A stretch of 64,000 nucleotides of DNA from Camelus dromedarius (lineage: Eukaryota), in contig NC_087436.1 in assembly GCF_036321535.1 (NCBI RefSeq), positions 108,688,001 to 108,752,000 on the forward strand, read 5' to 3'. The position numbers were made by a program, and so were the translations under genes. Positions within the stretch are counted from its first letter, which is position 1; each line of letters opens with the position of its first letter. The notes beneath the pieces were generated by a model that ran no database searches, was not told the origin of the DNA, and was given only the letters and a program-made list of their open reading frames with translations. Positions 62,669-64,000 of the stretch are shown here, piece by piece.

Positions 62669-64000
62669 GTGAAGACAGTAGAGAACGTGGGCATCGATAG
62701 TACTAACATTTTAAACCTCTGCCTTGTAGACTGGAACATTGGGATATTTTTCATACCTATTAGAGCACAGAGTATAGAGTAAGTGTTCAATAAATCATTG
62801 TTGAGGAATGAAAATTAGTATTGATTTGTATATATTGATATATACATATGTCAGTGTCTTTTTTGAGTGATGAAATCTTTAGGACAGGGTGTTTTTTTTA
62901 AAATAAATCTATGTAATCTCAGAAGCTGGCACATAAAAGATACTGAAAGAATGTTAACTGAATGAGTGATTGTAACAGTCTTCTCTAAACCTATTCCTAT
63001 CCTGTGGTTGTGTTAGGTAATCCTACCTGAGTCTAAGGGGTAGGTATCTGTCTGGATGGAAAGAGTAGCTCTTCAGTGCTGTTAAGGGCTCAGGGCTGAC
63101 TTTATCTCGGGCAGAACCTTTCCCTTGAGCACCTTCTTTTCTTCTGTCAGAAGATTATATGGCGTGATGAACTTTGTCACCGTTGTCATTGCTTGAAGTC
63201 TTGCTAGGTGCCAGTGTCTGTACTAAATATCTCTTTAAATGAAGTTCATTCTTAGATCAACACTTCTATGAGGTGAAAAGTATCAGTTCTAGTTTATACC
63301 TAACAAAACTGTATCTTGGGTATGATCTAGGATCTGCAGGCAAGAAAAGCTCTTGTGTTCCAGCTTTCTAGTTTATATTATGGGAATCCTAACACCTACC
63401 TCATTGACGTTCTTATGTAAATTAAAACTTCTACATACAGTAGGCATGTACGACCACAGACAAGGTCAGATACATTGTCGCTGCTCATTAAGTGGCAGGC
63501 ATGATGATGGTGATAGCCATGGCTGATTAGCAAGGAGCTACTGGTTGAGGATGACTGGTCTACAGGAAGACCTGGGAATATTGGTTGATACAGAGGTCTT
63601 TGGGAACCACAGAAAGGGTTTCTGAGTCTTGGGAGCTTCTTTAGGAGTGTCTGCTAAGAAAAATTGTATGGAATTTCTATGTACTCATAGGAGACAGCAT
63701 AGTTTATCTCAAATATTGGAGAGCTGTTGAAGAATGTCATGCACACACGTGACATGATAAGGTTGTTCTTGTCGAAATTCCCCCAAAGGCAGTGTAGACA
63801 ATGTGAATGGGGAACTTGAACAGAAATAAAAATGGCCTAAATAAAGGCAGAAGAGTAGGGCTAGAGATACCTTAGTAGATTTTTAGGAGGTAAGATGAAC
63901 AGGAGTTAGAGACTGTTAGGACATGGAGGTAGGCTGAGTGGGACTTAAGAGTCTAGGATGGTTTCTAGTTTTCCAGCTGAGGAACAGGGCATTTGCAAGA

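Larger units (their letters stand above)
24992..64000 (+). other. KCNIP4: First intron of KCNIP4 (runs off the window)
   Basis: GT donor at 24992. No EF-hand core exon was recognised downstream. KCNIP4 is known to have very large 5' introns. Confidence 0.75.

Noticed and set aside
1..64000. CRISPR arrays, rRNA/tRNA genes, prokaryotic operons
   Set aside because: The sequence is mammalian; no regularly spaced repeat-spacer array or structured RNA gene was recognised.

Overview
AT-rich mammalian genomic DNA, dense in old repeats (L2, MIR, MER5/20/58, MLT1). No young SINEs were recognised, and the L1 3' ends look camelid-like (inference from recall). One host gene is recognisable: a CpG-island promoter at about 24.3-24.9 kb and a coding first exon (24880-24991, +). 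It encodes MLTLEWESEGLQTVGIVVIICASLKLLHLLGLIDFSE, a hydrophobic alternative N-terminus of KCNIP4/KChIP4, and ends in a phase-1 donor. The remaining 39 kb is read as its large first intron. Upstream lies a degraded, internally deleted class I ERV (15547-20259, -) with two 519-bp LTRs, a TTAC target-site duplication (TSD), a polypurine tract (PPT), and RNase H, integrase and env remnants. It is inserted in the same MIR as a second solo LTR, 18 bp away. Other observations: an overlapping uORF on the KCNIP4 start, a candidate extra hydrophobic phase-1 exon, and two short local duplications. Most ORFs in the supplied track look spurious. Repeat family names come from recall, not a database search, and the boundaries of old repeats are approximate.
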